A stretch of 63,670 bases of DNA, counting the filler, from Collodictyon triciliatum (taxonomy: Eukaryota), in NCBI GenBank assembly GCA_043381765.1. It is 4 parts of 4 records of this genome, joined end to end, with 100 filler letters (N's around TTAATTAATTAA, not from the genome) between each part and the next. Parts side by side here need not be neighbours in the genome. Positions count along the whole stretch, not along the records: positions 50,979 to 63,670 come from JBHJMP010001350.1; 3 more parts are not named here. The stretch is one strand, 5' to 3'. The notes beneath the pieces were generated by a model. That model had not been told where the DNA came from and did not search any database. It worked only from the letters and a program-made list of their open reading frames with translations. Of this stretch, positions 61,022 to 63,670 are shown in pieces. Each line of letters opens with the position of its first letter. Position 1 is the stretch's first letter. The position numbers and the translations under genes are program-made.

Positions 61022-63670
61022 TCAAACTTTGATGTAAATTTTCTTCTTATCCAACAAGAAGGCCAGACAAACAAAGAGGAAAGTGTAAATAACTGCGAAA
61101 GAAAATGAAGCAAAGTCGCTCGGCATCCAGGAATCAAAGACTTCGTCATAAATCCAGGCCCTCAAAGTTCGGTTTCCAGAATTAATCGTAGAGTCTTTGG
61201 CAGGCACTTCGATGGCTGGACAAATTTAAGGATCAAACTTTTTGTCAAGAGCAATCGCACAAATATGTTATGATGGCACGATTGGCTTGCGTATGAGTCA
61301 AATTAAATTTAATTTAATTTCGAATGCTGAATCGTAAATTCTTAACAATGAATAAAAGTAAGAAAATTCTTACCTTCAAGGATATTTGTAAAAAATCCTG
61401 ATAAGAAATATATGACCAATGGGTTCTTTCCGATAATGACGAATGGATAGCCAATGCTGCAGTTGTACGAAATCTAATTAGTCATACCCGTATGATTTAT
61501 TATTTTATTGTTTTTTTTTTTTAAAAAAAAAGTGTGCATTACGCTCTGTTCCCTTTGTAATCGATCAAGAAGTAGCTGGCAGTCAAAGCCAATCCTTAAG
61601 AAATTATACAAATTCATATTTTCATTTAAAAGAGCATAAAGGTACTGTAAAAAAATAAAAGAAATGGAAAGTCATCGTGGCTTGTGAAATCATACATGAG
61701 GGAGAAGAAAAATAAAAAGGCAGTAAATAATATACCCATAGTTATTTTTATTTATTTATTGTGTACATCGATCATTGATATGGTCTGCTAGGCGATCGAA
61801 AGGTACCTGATGAAGCGCAAGTAATAAACGAGAAGCTTATTGACCACAAATTCTTATTTATTGGCATCCCGATGTTCACGACAACGCCAGTCAGTAGGAA
61901 AGCACATCCAATAACTGACCAGTATTTCATCAGCCTGCGCTTATCCTTGTGAACATCCATTATTTGCCCATATAGAACGCCAGCAAACACATTCAAACAC
62001 GCAGTGAATGTTCCAAGGATTCCCTCTGGGTCAAAGACACCGCATACACTCTGGCAGCTGGGATATGGGAACATATGGTTCTCTGTGAAAATCTGCTCAT
62101 CAATGTATTTTGCTGCGTTACAGTCGGCATCCAGGCTTCCACGACCGCATCCGGGAACATCAATACCCAATAGCAGACCCAGGTATATGGCTATGTACAC
62201 AAAGTTGAATGCGTACTGAAATACTCGAGGAAGGTAGATTACCTGCAGCGCAACAACTAAATAGCACAAGGAAATGCGCTGCAAAACCCCCATTATGCGA
62301 TACTTCTCGGGTTTGATATCGTAATTGATATTTAAAATCAAGCCGAGAAGGAAAAGAATGACGACCCTTCTCATCAATTTCTTGTAAAATTCCTTATCTG
62401 GGACTGCGGTATATTGAATTCGTTTTAATTTCAAAATATGTGTATTCATTCTATAGACAAAATATTAGGAGAAGAATGTAAAAGAATCTATAAAAGCACA
62501 ATAAGATTGAACGAAGCAATAAGAGCGAAGAGAAGAATTATTGCCCGAGTGATAAATCGATGAAATGACAAGACAATGGAAATGTCACTGACCAGCTGAT
62601 TTCCCTAACGTTATATGCATCGCGTTGCCCATGATGAAAAGAAAAGCTGGGAATATGAAATCTGGGAACTCGATTCCATCCCAAGATGCGTGTGACAGTC
62701 CGTCATACATGTTCTCCCAGCTCCCTGGCGAGTTTACAAACACCATCAAGACAACTAAAAGCATGAATGTCAACCCAAGTTGAATTACAAAATACTTGAA
62801 ATCGAATAAATGAAGTAAAACTATTTAATTACATCATAATCTAATGTATTTTCGGACTAAACACTTATGAGGATTTAACAGAAAAAGAAAAAGAAAAAGA
62901 AAAAGAAAAAGGAGTGGCACGTTATTCTTTTCTCGGGACAAAACATTAAATCTATTGGCTCAAGACCTGTCAGCCCACGGAAAACATCAAGGCTCTCAAT
63001 GCGTTCCCTCTTTGGTGCGGTGACAACTTCCGTCTTCATTGAACGATTTTCTCCCTTTATAAAATCATCATCACAGTTGAAAAAAAAAAAGGTCGAGAAA
63101 AGCATAGCATGGAAAAGGGAAAAGAAGAAAAAAAAAAGGTAGGAAAGTACAAGTCATGAGAGATAACAGGAAACTCAATGACAAAAAACGAGAGCCACCT
63201 GCAAAACACCAGTCATTCTCCCAGCCGCACTGTTGCCAAAGGCACCTCCAGCATTGACAGAGACTTTTTGGGTCGTGCCTGGGCGAGAGCCGGAGGAGCG
63301 GGACGGGCCGATCAGCGGGCTGGTCTCCTCGTTGGCCAGAATTCCGTCCTCCTCCACAGTGATTCTTGCCGAGGAGCTGTCGGTCAGCATGGATGGCAAG
63401 GAGATGCGGAAGTTGGGGGCAAGAGACGGACTTTCGCTGACGCCAGCCATAGACTCTACAGACGCGCTGAGCGAGCTGCGATTGACGGAGGCTCCGTTGC
63501 GGGCGGCTTGTGGGATCGGCACAGAGGCTCGGTTGGAGCCGCGGGTGGGTTGCATCGGCCTCTTGCTTCTTGTTTGTTTCTTGCCTGCCTGTGGGTGGAG
63601 CGGATCTGATTTCAAAGTGTCTTGCTGTGGGATCGTCTGGCGGCTCTTGTGTTTTCCTTTCCTTGTTTTC
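61022..63670 (-). CDS. HGSNAT: Heparan-alpha-glucosaminide N-acetyltransferase / NagX-like transmembrane acetyltransferase, 5' partial
   Basis: RIESLDVFRGLT, MVFVNSPG..LSHASWDG..PDFIFPAFLFIMG, RIMGVLQRISLCY, FDPEGILGT, PINKNLWSISF, IGKNPLVIY, KKIYIKV*. Confidence 0.88.

Overview
Eukaryotic, intron-rich genomic DNA from a flagellated (ciliated) microbial eukaryote; the exact lineage cannot be called. The window is four unrelated contigs joined by 100-nt N44-TTAATTAATTAA-N44 linkers (1-15774, 15875-31994, 32095-50878, 50979-63670). All gene models were spliced by eye. Contig 1: class III alcohol dehydrogenase (5' partial), mitochondrial ATP synthase subunit i/j, dynein light chain DNAL1, a DeSI2/PPPDE peptidase with p97-binding SHP+VIM motifs, Sec61-gamma, DRC2/CCDC65 (with an AT-AC U12 intron) and an intronless multi-TM protein. 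Contig 2: a virus-like fragment (two intronless ORFans, AAATTGA motifs, a hairpin), an internally duplicated multi-TM protein, a hypothetical gene, then trpE-trpG-trpD. Contig 3: an NHL-repeat protein, a selenocysteine glutathione peroxidase with a SECIS element, and an RNF213-like giant AAA+ ATPase with no visible E3 module. Contig 4: an LRR-Roc-COR-PH Roco protein with 69-nt LRR exons, a coiled-coil protein, a HEXIM-like protein and an HGSNAT/NagX-like acetyltransferase (5' partial). The most striking signal is the trp cluster. Three heavily spliced genes lie in bacterial operon order, and the trpD ATG sits inside the last codons of trpG (13-nt overlap). The trpE-trpG spacer appears to be an intron, and the only Trp codon of each upstream ORF lies just before its stop. 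This points to a spliced polycistronic or recoded eukaryotic trp operon, although a fusion gene or a 1-nt assembly error must be excluded.
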